Source: Longimicrobiales bacterium
GTDB taxonomy: Bacteria; Gemmatimonadota; Gemmatimonadetes; Longimicrobiales; Gaopeijiaceae
DNA: 64,000 nucleotides
Assembly: GCA_965226375.1 (NCBI GenBank)
Contig: CBDDCX010000008.1
Location: 1,312,001-1,376,000, forward strand
Reading direction: 5' to 3'
Positions 37,892 to 47,359 of the stretch are shown here, piece by piece. The notes under the pieces are model-generated. The model did not search any database. It was given only the letters and a program-made list of their open reading frames with translations, and was not told the DNA's origin. Within the stretch, counting starts at the first letter, position 1. Every line of letters begins with the position of its first letter. The position numbers and the translations under genes are program-made.

Positions 37892-38761
37892 TCAACTCGA
37901 TTCCTCTCCGCTTGCTTGATCGCCGCCGCCCGAAAGTGAATGGACGATCTCGTACGCCAGATTCTTCGCGATTTTTAATCGAACCGACACCTCGCGCGCC
38001 GCCCGGCTCTGCGTCAGGCCCTCAGCCAGAAGCGCTTCCGCCAAGGCTCGTGCAGCGGCGGCGTCGACCCGCTGTTCGGTTTCTTCTTCCGCCTTTGGCG
38101 ACACGACCACCGTGATCTCTCCCCGGGGTGGTCGCTCGCCGTAATATCGGGCGGCATCTCCCATTGTTCCCCGGAAAAACTCCTCATGAATCTTGGTCAT
38201 CTCCCTGGCCACGACAACCTGGCGTTCCTCCCCCGCCAGCCCCACGAGGTCGCTCAGGAGGGCCCCGAGACGCCGGGGCGCCTCAAACACGACCGAAGTC
38301 TCCCCTGCCCCCACGATCCGTTCCAGAATCTCTCGTCTCGGCCCCTTCTTCCGCGGGAGGAAGCCATGAAAGGTGAAGGGCACGGTCGGGAACCCGGCGC
38401 CGACCAGCGCGGTGAGAACCGCTGAGGGCCCCGGAACAGGCACGACGTCATGCCCCGCTTCGACGACCGTGAGCACGAGGCGCTCTCCGGGATCCGAGAG
38501 CAGAGGCGTCCCGGCATCGGACACCAGCGCGAGTCGCTGACCGGAATCCAGGCGGTCAACGATGCTCCCTATCCGCGAGGCCTCGTTGTGTTCATGCAGT
38601 GATGTGAGCGGGGCGCGAAGCTCGAAATGATCCATCAGCACCTTGGTGCGTCGGGTGTCCTCCGCCAGCACTCCGTCGACTGAACCCAAAAGCTCGATGG
38701 CCCTTCCGGACGTATCCGAGAGATTGCCGATGGGCGTAGCGACGATGTAGAGGGTACTCAT
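37892..38761 (-). CDS. rsmI: 16S rRNA (cytidine(1402)-2'-O)-methyltransferase
   Basis: LYIVATPIGNL, AEDTR, LVSDAGTPLLSDPG, PGPSA, AREMTKIHEE, RGEITVV. Confidence 0.96.
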   Translation of the reverse strand: MSTLYIVATPIGNLSDTSGRAIELLGSVDGVLAEDTRRTKVLMDHFELRAPLTSLHEHNEASRIGSIVDRLDSGQRLALVSDAGTPLLSDPGERLVLTVVEAGHDVVPVPGPSAVLTALVGAGFPTVPFTFHGFLPRKKGPRREILERIVGAGETSVVFEAPRRLGALLSDLVGLAGEERQVVVAREMTKIHEEFFRGTMGDAARYYGERPPRGEITVVVSPKAEEETEQRVDAAAARALAEALLAEGLTQSRAAREVSVRLKIAKNLAYEIVHSLSGGGDQASGEESS

Positions 38762-38768
38762 GGCAAGC

Positions 38769-38777
38769 AGTATAGCA
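38769..38777 (-). promoter_or_regulatory. Extended -10 element (TGcTATACT) 7 nt before the rsmI ATG; probable leaderless promoter
   Basis: Minus strand reads TG-C-TATACT-GCTTGCC-ATG; no Shine-Dalgarno sequence. Confidence 0.6.
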
Positions 38778-38908
38778 CGCGGGGGCCTCGGAGGATTCAC
38801 CCGTGAACCGACAACGGCCCGGGAGCTTTCTCTCCCGGGCCGTCCGTCCAAGTCGAGTCCTGGACCCTGGGTCTTGGGTTACCTCGGTGACAAGCCGTCA
38901 CCGCGGTA
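38778..38908. ncRNA. Structured intergenic element (candidate 6S-like RNA, or trxA terminator region)
   Basis: Perfect 12-bp hairpin at 38814-38843, further hairpins at 38846-38865 and 38885-38903, and 6S-like flanking words. Confidence 0.3.
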
Positions 38909-38921
38909 GAGCACCAGGAGG

Positions 38922-39257
38922 TTACATATGCTCTTGGACCTTGGCCTCCAGGGTGGGGCGAGGGACCGCACCCACCACCGTGTCGATGTGCTCTCCGTCC
39001 TTGAAAAACAGGATGCTCGGAATCGAGCGCACGGCAAAGCGAACGGTCACCTGTGGGTTCGCGTCCACGTCGAGTTTTCCCACCTTCAGCCCTTCGTCGC
39101 CGTACTCCTCGGCCAACTCTTCGACGATGGGAGCCACCATTCGGCATGGACCGCACCATGCGGCCCAGAAATCCACCATTGTGAGACCGCTGCCCTCTTC
39201 GATGGTCTCAGCAAAGTTCTGGTCCGTGATTTCTACGATCTTCCCGTTATCACTCAT
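38922..39257 (-). CDS. trxA: Thioredoxin
   Basis: VDFWAAWCGPCRMVAP, VRSIPS; AGGAGA RBS. Confidence 0.96.
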   Translation of the reverse strand: MSDNGKIVEITDQNFAETIEEGSGLTMVDFWAAWCGPCRMVAPIVEELAEEYGDEGLKVGKLDVDANPQVTVRFAVRSIPSILFFKDGEHIDTVVGAVPRPTLEAKVQEHM

Positions 39258-39332
39258 CAGGTCGTCTCCTTGTACCTTCATCAGACCGGTCATACGATCC
39301 GGTCCAGGCTCATATACTCAATCTAATCAATC

Positions 39333-39728
39333 ATGAACGGCTATCCGCTCGATCACGTCGCTATCGCAGTCCGATCAATTCGAGAATCAGCGGCGACCTT
39401 CGAACCCGTTACCGGGTGTGCTTGTTCCACCCTCGAAGAGCTGCCGTCACAGGACGTCAACGTCGCCTTCATGGGGGCCCTGGAACTCATCGAGCCCCGG
39501 TCCTCCGACAGTGGTGTGGCCCGCTTCATCGAGCGCCAAGGTCCCGGACTCCACCACATCGCGTATCGGGTGCCCGACATCCGAACAGCCCTCACACAGC
39601 TAAAGACACGAGGGTTCCAGCTCATAGACGAAGAGCCGCGGCCGGGAGCGCGCGGGCACCAGGTCGCCTTCCTTCATCCTGAGACAACGGGGGGCGTGCT
39701 GATTGAACTGGTCCAGGAGACGCGGTAG
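39333..39728 (+). CDS. mce: Methylmalonyl-CoA epimerase (VOC family)
   Basis: LDHVAIAV, LELIEP, GPGLHHIAY, PRPGA.G..VAFLHP..TGGVLIELV. Confidence 0.88.
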   Translation: MNGYPLDHVAIAVRSIRESAATFEPVTGCACSTLEELPSQDVNVAFMGALELIEPRSSDSGVARFIERQGPGLHHIAYRVPDIRTALTQLKTRGFQLIDEEPRPGARGHQVAFLHPETTGGVLIELVQETR

Positions 39729-39762
39729 CGGGCCGCGTCGCGGCTACCACAGCGTCAGGTCC

Positions 39763-40260
39763 CTAAGACCCTGTGACTTTTTCTAGCTCAATGATATTGA
39801 CCAGCCACTGGTCGCCCGACGCAAGCACCACCGTGAAGCCCACGTCCCGCACGTTTCGCCCTCCGGCAAACGTCAGGTCCACGCCGACTCGGGTCGTCTG
39901 GGCCACCGTCCCCGCAACCATGCGCTCGGACGCGATCTGGTAGTCCTCGTGTCGAAGGATGCCCGCAATGGCGTCCATACGCAGCTCGACCTCGGTCCAT
40001 TTCGCGCACGATTGTCCGCCGAACACGGTGCCGATTTTCTTCCAGAAGCATCCGAAGGAGCCCCCGGTATCCTCCATCGGACCGTCGCTGGTCCCGAACA
40101 GACGAGCCATCATGCGCAGGTCTCGCATATTGGAAGCCTAAAGGAACCTCTCGACGGAGAGGGAGGGTGCCACAGCGATGATCGGATTACTGGTCACCGA
40201 TCTGGTTGTACAGCCCCACACAACCGTGAGCAGAAGCAGGGCTATCGCGGTACGCTTCAC
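39763..40260 (-). pseudogene. Hypothetical lipoprotein interrupted by an in-frame TAG at 40138-40140
   Basis: GTG at 40260 gives MKRTAIALLLLTVVWGC...SVERFL*ASNMRDLRMMARLFGT..., in frame with ORF 39763..40128. Confidence 0.7.
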
Positions 40261-40366
40261 TAGGGACTCCGTTTCCGTAGAGCCCGGTGTCGGGCCGGGA
40301 CGGCGCCGGTCACTATTCTACCGGGCGAGTCAAGACCGTCAAGCGGTCGGCTTTCAGCCGAAAATG

Positions 40367-41815
40367 TCAGGGCAACCGCCCGCCCGTGACCCGCTTCACG
40401 AGAGTGCCGGCGTCCAGGACTTCATCCACGGTGCGCCGATTGAGGTTAGCCAACTTCTGAAGATCGACGGAAGACGGATAGGCTTCTGCGAACTCCCCGA
40501 AAGTCATCCGCGCTGGAAGTCGCACGATCTCCAGACGAGCGGGCTCGATTCCCAGCACGTCGGCATCGCGCTCCGGCCGGAAGCTCCTCCCTGTGTTCAC
40601 CACGTCGCTCTCGTAATCGGGCCAGCGGGCTGCACTCGCGTAGCCGAGAATCTGGACAATGGTGCCGCCGTGATCGACAAAGAGCACCCTTCCGCGATAG
40701 GTCCCGTCGGCGGTTCGTGCCTCGAACAAAGCCTCACTCGCCTCGAGACCATTGACGGGACTGCGCCGCACATCGCCCCCGTAAATGTCGTCCTGGCGCA
40801 GAAAGCCCGTCATGGCCGCCTCCACACCCCCCTGCTCCGCGGAAAGGTTGACAATGACGATCGCCCCTTCGTCCTCGGACACAGCCACAACCCGGGACTT
40901 CTGGTTCGCCGTCTTCCAACGCACTGGAAAATCGATGGCGAAGGCCATGTCCGGATGCCGGAACACGTAGCCCTCGAAGAAGCCTTCCCGAGGGTTCACT
41001 CCGTACATGAGTCCGTCCAGACGACGCAGGTATTCGTCCCTTCTGGACGTGTACCCCGAGTAGTCCTGCCCAGAGCTTGCCACCAACTCGAGAATCTTGG
41101 CTCCACGATTTTCAGGACTCGGGTGTGTGGACTGCCACTCCGGAAGCCTGCCTCCACCCCCGGCGGCCAACGCCAACGTCTGGAACACACCCACCAGGGC
41201 GTTGGGGTCGTACGCGGCGCGTGACATGTAGCGGACCCCGAGCTCGTCCGACTGAGACTCGTCACCGCGGCCGTAACGAAGGTTGAGGACTTGGAGTCCA
41301 GCCGAAAGCACGCCCGCGGCGGAGGCCAAGTCCGAGGACACAGCAGCCCCTACTCCCAGGCCGAACTGCTGGAGTTGCCGACGGCTGAGTTGGCTCGCGG
41401 AGTGGCGCGCCGTGACGTGCCCGATCTCGTGGCCCAGGACACCGGCCAACTCAGCCTCCGAGTTCAGGCTGGCGAGGATTCCCCGGGTAATGAAGATGAA
41501 CCCTCCGGGCAGCGCGAAGGCGTTCACGATGGGGTCGTCCAACACCCTGAAGGACCAAGGTAGTTGTGGACGCTCCGATCGTCCGGCCAGGTCCTCCCCT
41601 ATGCCGCGGACGAACGCCTGGAGTTCTTCGGAGCCATACAACCCGTACGCATCAGTGACCTGCTGGTCGGCGTCCCGGCCCATCTCGATCTCGTCACTCT
41701 CACTCACCAGCATGAACTGGCGCTCACCGATGGCCGGGTTGACCGCACAGGCCGCCACTGCTCCCAAGAAGCCGGCTAGAAGAGACCGGCGGGCTTGCTC
41801 TAGCCATCTGTTCAT
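40367..41815 (-). CDS. M48 family metalloprotease lipoprotein
   Basis: Lipobox AAC-AVNP, NAFALPGG, ELAGVLGHEIGHVTARH, E.Q.D.LG, STHP. Confidence 0.92.
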   Translation of the reverse strand: MNRWLEQARRSLLAGFLGAVAACAVNPAIGERQFMLVSESDEIEMGRDADQQVTDAYGLYGSEELQAFVRGIGEDLAGRSERPQLPWSFRVLDDPIVNAFALPGGFIFITRGILASLNSEAELAGVLGHEIGHVTARHSASQLSRRQLQQFGLGVGAAVSSDLASAAGVLSAGLQVLNLRYGRGDESQSDELGVRYMSRAAYDPNALVGVFQTLALAAGGGGRLPEWQSTHPSPENRGAKILELVASSGQDYSGYTSRRDEYLRRLDGLMYGVNPREGFFEGYVFRHPDMAFAIDFPVRWKTANQKSRVVAVSEDEGAIVIVNLSAEQGGVEAAMTGFLRQDDIYGGDVRRSPVNGLEASEALFEARTADGTYRGRVLFVDHGGTIVQILGYASAARWPDYESDVVNTGRSFRPERDADVLGIEPARLEIVRLPARMTFGEFAEAYPSSVDLQKLANLNRRTVDEVLDAGTLVKRVTGGRLP

Positions 41816-41979
41816 CGGACCTCTTCCACACCTTGTGCCCACCGATACAAGGATCGGACTCCGAACACTACGTGTATTCCACGTCGATGTACGATCTGTC
41901 CAAAGATAGTAGATTGTGGCCCCGGTCGAGACCCACGGAAGGCCGCCGCCGCCCCATCACTTGGAGAACAGAATTCGAT

Positions 41980-42357
41980 ATGCTGCGAACGTCGAACCAC
42001 GTGACCTCCCGTCTTAGGCCCAGCGGCATTCTGAGCACGATGCTCTTGGGGTTAGCGTCTGGAGCCTGCAGTGACAACGCGCCATCGGCCATGCCGGACA
42101 CCGTAGAGCGAGAGACCTTCATCGAGGTATACGTGGCTCTCAGGCATGTGGCGCTCCGGAAGACATCGCGCAGGGTCAACCCCATCGAACGGGACAGTGT
42201 CCTGGCCATGCACGACGTTACCGAAGAGGACCTCCGGGTATTTCTCGACGTCTACCATACCGAGGCCGAGTACATGCGTGATCTGTGGAACGAAGTGGAG
42301 GGGCGCATGTCCCTGATGTTGGAGATGGCGGAAGAAGGATCGGAAGGTGATGGCTGA
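41980..42357 (+). CDS. Hypothetical small lipoprotein
   Basis: Lipobox-like SGAC; helical domain FIEVYVALR..RDSVL..HDVTEEDL; overlaps the RidA start. Start uncertain. Confidence 0.65.
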   Translation: MLRTSNHVTSRLRPSGILSTMLLGLASGACSDNAPSAMPDTVERETFIEVYVALRHVALRKTSRRVNPIERDSVLAMHDVTEEDLRVFLDVYHTEAEYMRDLWNEVEGRMSLMLEMAEEGSEGDG

Positions 42358-42739
42358 TTTCGAGCGTAGCTTCAGTGGGGCTCCCTGGGAGGCGAGGGTG
42401 GGTTATTGCCGATCTCTCAGGGCGGGAGACCGCGTCTTCGTCACGGGAACGGCGCCGGTGGCCGAGGGCGGCGGCGTCCACGAAGTCGGGGACGCATATC
42501 TACAGGCACTTCGTTGTTTCGAAATTATTCGCGACGCCCTGGCGGCCCACGACGCGGACATATGCGACGTCGTCCGCACCCGCATGTTCGTCACCGACAT
42601 CGAGCGCTGGGAAGAATACGGGCGGGCTCATCAGGAGACGTTCGGCTCACATCCTCCGACGACGACCATGGTAGAAGTGAGCCGGCTCATCGACCCCGAC
42701 ATGCTCATCGAAATCGAGGCTGATGCGGTAGTTTCCTGA
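42347..42739 (+). CDS. RidA/YjgF family protein
   Basis: SGAPWEARVGYCR, VTGTA, DVVRTRMFVTDI, MVEVSRLIDP.MLIEIEADA. Confidence 0.92.
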   Translation: MMADFERSFSGAPWEARVGYCRSLRAGDRVFVTGTAPVAEGGGVHEVGDAYLQALRCFEIIRDALAAHDADICDVVRTRMFVTDIERWEEYGRAHQETFGSHPPTTTMVEVSRLIDPDMLIEIEADAVVS

Positions 42740-42749
42740 CGCTGCTCGG

Positions 42750-44297
42750 CTACTCCCACTCGATGGTGCCGGGAGGCTTGGACGAGACGTCGTAGCACAC
42801 CCGATTGACCCCCGCCACTTCGTTGCTGATGCGAGAGGAAATCCGGCTGAGGACTTCGTGCGGAAACGGATACCAGTCCGCGGTCATCCCGTCCCGGGAG
42901 GTGACCGCCCTCAAGGCGACCACGTTTTCGTAGGTTCGGTTGTCGCCCATCACCCCTACGGCACGCACCGGTAACAGTACGGCGAAGGCCTGCCAGATTT
43001 CGTCGTACAGCCCCGCCGCGTGAATCTCGTCCAGGTAGATGCTGTCCGCCTCACGGAGAACGGCCAAGCGTTCCTCCGAGACCGCTCCGAGCACGCGTAT
43101 GGCAAGTCCCGGACCGGGGAATGGATGCCGACGGATGAACTCCTCTGGCAGGCCGAGCTCACGACCCACCTGGCGCACCTCATCCTTGAAGAGTTCACGA
43201 AGAGGCTCGATGAGCTCGAACGGAAGGTCCTCGGGTAGTCCCCCCACATTGTGGTGGGTCTTGATGGTCTGGGACGGCCCGCCGGTGGACAGGGACTCGA
43301 TGACGTCCGGATACAGCGTGCCCTGCACAAGATGGCCGGCACCGGGCACTTCAGCTTCAGCCACTCGACCGAAAACGTCGATGAACACATGCCCGATCTG
43401 CTTCCGCTTCTCCTCGGGCTCCTCCACCCCGGACAGAGCGCTCAGGAAGTCTTCGGCGGCATCTTCGACGATGAGCCGAATGCCCATGTGCTTGCGGAAG
43501 GTACGCTCCACGTTCTCCCGTTCGTGCTTTCGGAGCAGGCCATTGTCGACGAAAATGCAGGTGAGGCGATCGCCTACGGCACGGTGCACCAGCGCAGCCG
43601 CCACAGAAGAGTCCACGCCACCCGAGAGGCCGCAGATAACCGCGCCCTCTCCCACCTTCTCTCGGATCGCCGCCACCGACTCTTCGATGAACGCTCCCGA
43701 TGTCCACGTGGGACGGCACCGACAGATCCGCAGGAGGAAGTTCGAAATGATCTCCCCTCCGCGGACCGTGTGAGCGACCTCGGGATGAAACTGGACTGCA
43801 TATATGGGACGGCTCTCGTGCTTGAAGGCTGCCACCGGGAGTGTCTCGGTCGACGCCAACGTCTGGCAGGCGGGCGGAGGCGCACGGACATGGTCACCAT
43901 GCGAGCACCACACCTGGGTCGGCTCATCCTTCGCGAAACCGGCGAACAACTCACCCGGATCGAGGACCGTAAGGTCGGCCCGGCCGTACTCGCGTTTGCC
44001 GACCACGACCTCGGCGCCCTCGAGCTCCGCGATGAGATGCATCCCATAGCAGATGCCGAGGACGGGCACGCCGAGCTCGAGCAGTGCGGTCTCCGCTCTG
44101 GGCACTCCCTCATCGTAGACCGACGCGGGTCCTCCCGAGAGGATGATCCCCTTCGGGGCCCACTTACGAATCCAATCGAGCGAGCGGGTGGGTGGGTGGA
44201 CCTCCGAGTAGACCCGCTCTTCTCTGATTCGTCGAGCGATGAGCTGCGTGTATTGAGAGCCGAAATCGAGAATCAGAATGCGGTCATGCTCGATCAT
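42750..44297 (-). CDS. guaA: GMP synthase (glutamine-hydrolysing)
   Basis: [61 protein letters not shown]. Confidence 0.97.
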   Translation of the reverse strand: MIEHDRILILDFGSQYTQLIARRIREERVYSEVHPPTRSLDWIRKWAPKGIILSGGPASVYDEGVPRAETALLELGVPVLGICYGMHLIAELEGAEVVVGKREYGRADLTVLDPGELFAGFAKDEPTQVWCSHGDHVRAPPPACQTLASTETLPVAAFKHESRPIYAVQFHPEVAHTVRGGEIISNFLLRICRCRPTWTSGAFIEESVAAIREKVGEGAVICGLSGGVDSSVAAALVHRAVGDRLTCIFVDNGLLRKHERENVERTFRKHMGIRLIVEDAAEDFLSALSGVEEPEEKRKQIGHVFIDVFGRVAEAEVPGAGHLVQGTLYPDVIESLSTGGPSQTIKTHHNVGGLPEDLPFELIEPLRELFKDEVRQVGRELGLPEEFIRRHPFPGPGLAIRVLGAVSEERLAVLREADSIYLDEIHAAGLYDEIWQAFAVLLPVRAVGVMGDNRTYENVVALRAVTSRDGMTADWYPFPHEVLSRISSRISNEVAGVNRVCYDVSSKPPGTIEWE

Positions 44298-44303
44298 AGG
44301 GCC

Positions 44304-45575
44304 TCAAGGGGACAAGGTCCCGTCCGGGAGCCTCTCTCCCCGGATCAGGTCGTCGAGCGTTTCCCGACGCCGAGCCAGGACAACGTCCGAACCGTCGACC
44401 ACCACCTCGGCGGCTCGTCGGCGCGAATTGTAGTTGGACGCCATGGTGAATCCGTACGCGCCGACGGTGTGGACGGCGAGCAGGTCTCCCTCGTCGGGGA
44501 GGGGCAACTCTCTATCGAGCGCCAGAAAGTCGCCGCTTTCGCAGATGGGGCCAACCACGTCGACCACGGTCGGCGTCGGGTCTCCCTGGAGTAGCACCGG
44601 CTCGATGCTGTGATAGCCCTGGTAGTGGCTGGGGCGAATCAACTCGGTCATCCCCCCGTCGGTCACCACGAACGTCCTGGGGCCTTCATTCTTCACGTAG
44701 AGCACCTTGGTTACCAGGAGCCCCGCTTCTCCGACGATAAACCGACCCGGCTCCAGGATAAGGCGGAGGCCGGCTTCTTTTACCCGTGGCACCACCACGG
44801 CAGCCAGTGCATCGACCGACATGCGGTCTTCATCGGAATAACGAACGCCGAAGCCTCCACCCAAGTCGACAAAGCGCAGGTCGATCCCTTCATGGGACAA
44901 TTGACCAGCAAGGTCAAGCACCTCTTCCAGGGCCTTCTGATAAGGGTCGGGCTCGAGAATTTGCGATCCGATGTGGACGTCGATCCCCACGATCTCGAGG
45001 GCGGGGCGTCCGGCAGCCCAGCGATAGAGATCCAGCACCCGATCCAACGGGACACCGAACTTGGACTCGCCATGTCCGGTCCGGGTGTATTCATGGGGCG
45101 TGTCGGCCAAGACGTCGGGGTTCACCCGCAGCGCCAAGGGCGCACGTTTGCCCATCCGGTCCGCCACCGCGTCCAAGGCGCGGAGCTCTCCTTCGCTCTC
45201 TACGTTGAACGCCAGGATGCCAGCGTCGAGGGCCACCTCCATCTCCACTTCGGTCTTCCCGACCCCAGCAAAGACGATGCGTTCGGGTGGCACCCCCGCC
45301 GTCAGGCACCGGTGCAACTCTCCCATGCTGACGATGTCGGCGCCGGCTCCCAATGCGGCGAGTCGCCGCAGGATCTCCAGATTGGAGTTCGCCTTGACCG
45401 AATACGCCATGAGTAGGTCGACGTCGTCGAACGCCGTCGCGATCTGCTCATACGCGGACGCGATGACCTCGGCATCGTAGAGGTAGAGAGGTGTACCGTA
45501 CTCCTCAGCGACCTCCGACACCGTACGCTCGCCGACGCAGAGCTCGCCGTCGACTCGGGGGAACGCGCGCCTCAC
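44304..45575 (-). CDS. lysA: Diaminopimelate decarboxylase
   Basis: YGTPLYLY, YSVKANSN, SKFG, HIGSQ, DLGGG, EPGR, GPICESGD, GAYG..MASNYN; GTG start with GAGGGG RBS. Confidence 0.96.
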   Translation of the reverse strand: MRRAFPRVDGELCVGERTVSEVAEEYGTPLYLYDAEVIASAYEQIATAFDDVDLLMAYSVKANSNLEILRRLAALGAGADIVSMGELHRCLTAGVPPERIVFAGVGKTEVEMEVALDAGILAFNVESEGELRALDAVADRMGKRAPLALRVNPDVLADTPHEYTRTGHGESKFGVPLDRVLDLYRWAAGRPALEIVGIDVHIGSQILEPDPYQKALEEVLDLAGQLSHEGIDLRFVDLGGGFGVRYSDEDRMSVDALAAVVVPRVKEAGLRLILEPGRFIVGEAGLLVTKVLYVKNEGPRTFVVTDGGMTELIRPSHYQGYHSIEPVLLQGDPTPTVVDVVGPICESGDFLALDRELPLPDEGDLLAVHTVGAYGFTMASNYNSRRRAAEVVVDGSDVVLARRRETLDDLIRGERLPDGTLSP

Positions 45576-45597
45576 ACCCCCTCGGCCGGGTCGAGCA

Positions 45598-47058
45598 TCA
45601 ATATGCCTTGGCCCACACGACCTCCATGGTGGAGTCATCCTCTCCACCGATACACTTGGTGGGCGCTTCGGCGGATCGGAATTCCTCTCCGGGAATACAA
45701 CGTAGCGTGGCCTTGGTCTCGTCCTTGATACGTTCCTCGACGGCAGGGTCGCCGCTCCAACCCGTATAGACGTATCCGCCGGTGGTATTCATGATCTCGG
45801 CCAATTCCCCCAGGTCGTTTACACCCCTGTAGGAATTCTCTTCCCGCCTGGTCTTGGCCGTCTCGAGGAGCTGTGACTGGAACGCGTCGAGCCGGTCACC
45901 GATCGTGGCGAGCGCCTCGGCCTCCGGTATGAACTCCTTGCGCGGCTCGTCTTCGGCGCGCAAGCGCTTGGCCAGCGCGACCTGTCCGGACTCGATGTCC
46001 CTGGGACCCACCTCCATCCTGAGAGGGACTCCTTTATGCTCCCACTCGTAGTACTTTTTGCCGGGGCTTAGAAAGTCTCGCGAGTCGATCTTGACACGTA
46101 CGCCCTGTGCCCGAAGAGCATCACCGATGGCGTCGACCTTCTCTAGCACCGGCCCGTGGTCGTCTCCCTTCAGGATGGGCACGATTACGACTTGGACGGG
46201 AGCCAGCTTGGGCGGTAGCACTAATCCCTGATCGTCGCCGTGCGTCATCACCAGGCCACCGACCAGACGGGTGGACACCCCCCAGGACGTGTTCCAGCCG
46301 AACTCTTCCTTCCCCTCCTCGGTCTGGAAGGTCAGCTCGAATTGCTTGGAGAAGTTCTGGCCCAGGAAGTGTGAGGTGCCGGCCTGAAGAGCCTTGTTGT
46401 CCTGCATCATGGCCTCACACGCGTAGCTCCGGACCGCTCCGGCGAATTTCTCGGCTTCGGACTTCAGCCCGGTCACGGGCGGCATGGCCATCCAGTCTTC
46501 CATGAACGTCCGGTACACCCCAAGCATGCGCCGCGTGTGCTCCTCAGCCTCTTCGGCCGTCGCGTGCACGGTGTGGCCCTCCTGCCAAAGGAACTCGGAG
46601 GTTCTCAGAAAGAGTCGGGTCCGGAGCTCCCAGCGCATGACGTTCGCCCACTGGTTCAGCAGCAGAGGGAGGTCGCGATAGCTTTGGATCCACTTCGCGA
46701 ACATCGACATTATGACGGTCTCGGAAGTCGGTCGGATGACGAGAGGTTCCTCCAGCTCCTTGCCTCCGGCGTGGGTGACGATCGCGAGCTCTGGCTTGAA
46801 CCCCTCGACGTGCTCCTTCTCCTTCTCGATGAAACTCATGGGTATCAGGAGCGGGAAATAGGCGTTCTCGTGGCCGGTGGCCTTGAACATGTTGTCGAGA
46901 GCCCGCTGCATGTTTTCCCAGATCGCATATCCCCACGGTCGAATGACCATGCTGCCCCGCACGGGGGAGTAGTCCGCGAGCTCGGATCGGAGTACGAGCT
47001 CGTTATACCAGGCCGAAAAGTCCTCGCTCCGAGGGGTCAGCTTCTTGTTGTCAGCCAT
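45598..47058 (-). CDS. proS: Proline--tRNA ligase (archaeal/eukaryote-like type)
   Basis: DFSAWY, RPTSET, SYRDLPLLLNQWANVMRWE.RTRLFLRTSEFLWQEGHT, QAGTSH.LGQNF, SWGVSTRL, C-terminal AKAY. Confidence 0.96.
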   Translation of the reverse strand: MADNKKLTPRSEDFSAWYNELVLRSELADYSPVRGSMVIRPWGYAIWENMQRALDNMFKATGHENAYFPLLIPMSFIEKEKEHVEGFKPELAIVTHAGGKELEEPLVIRPTSETVIMSMFAKWIQSYRDLPLLLNQWANVMRWELRTRLFLRTSEFLWQEGHTVHATAEEAEEHTRRMLGVYRTFMEDWMAMPPVTGLKSEAEKFAGAVRSYACEAMMQDNKALQAGTSHFLGQNFSKQFELTFQTEEGKEEFGWNTSWGVSTRLVGGLVMTHGDDQGLVLPPKLAPVQVVIVPILKGDDHGPVLEKVDAIGDALRAQGVRVKIDSRDFLSPGKKYYEWEHKGVPLRMEVGPRDIESGQVALAKRLRAEDEPRKEFIPEAEALATIGDRLDAFQSQLLETAKTRREENSYRGVNDLGELAEIMNTTGGYVYTGWSGDPAVEERIKDETKATLRCIPGEEFRSAEAPTKCIGGEDDSTMEVVWAKAY

Positions 47059-47359
47059 CACTTCTCTTGGTTGCGGACCCGGCCTCCGGGTCCTTGGCAT
47101 CGGGCGGGGCCGTCGATCGGCGCTCCCTGACCAGCACCACAATACCCGGTACCGCGAAGAACAGAACGGACGCCACCATCCAGGACATCCTGAACGAGAC
47201 ACCCGTCTCGTTTTGGAGTATCCACGCCGTCAGCGCGCCGGCGGCCAGGGCAAGGGCCATGGCCCCACCGAGAATCAAGTACTCGAGGACGTTGAGGCGC
47301 CGAATGGCCGTTTCCATCATTCGCCGAGTCCCAGAGTGGGCGTCAGGGTCCACCCTCAC
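47051..47359 (-). CDS. Small two-TM membrane protein
   Basis: Two hydrophobic helices; overlaps both the hisS stop and the proS start. Confidence 0.7.
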   Translation of the reverse strand: MRVDPDAHSGTRRMMETAIRRLNVLEYLILGGAMALALAAGALTAWILQNETGVSFRMSWMVASVLFFAVPGIVVLVRERRSTAPPDAKDPEAGSATKRSDG

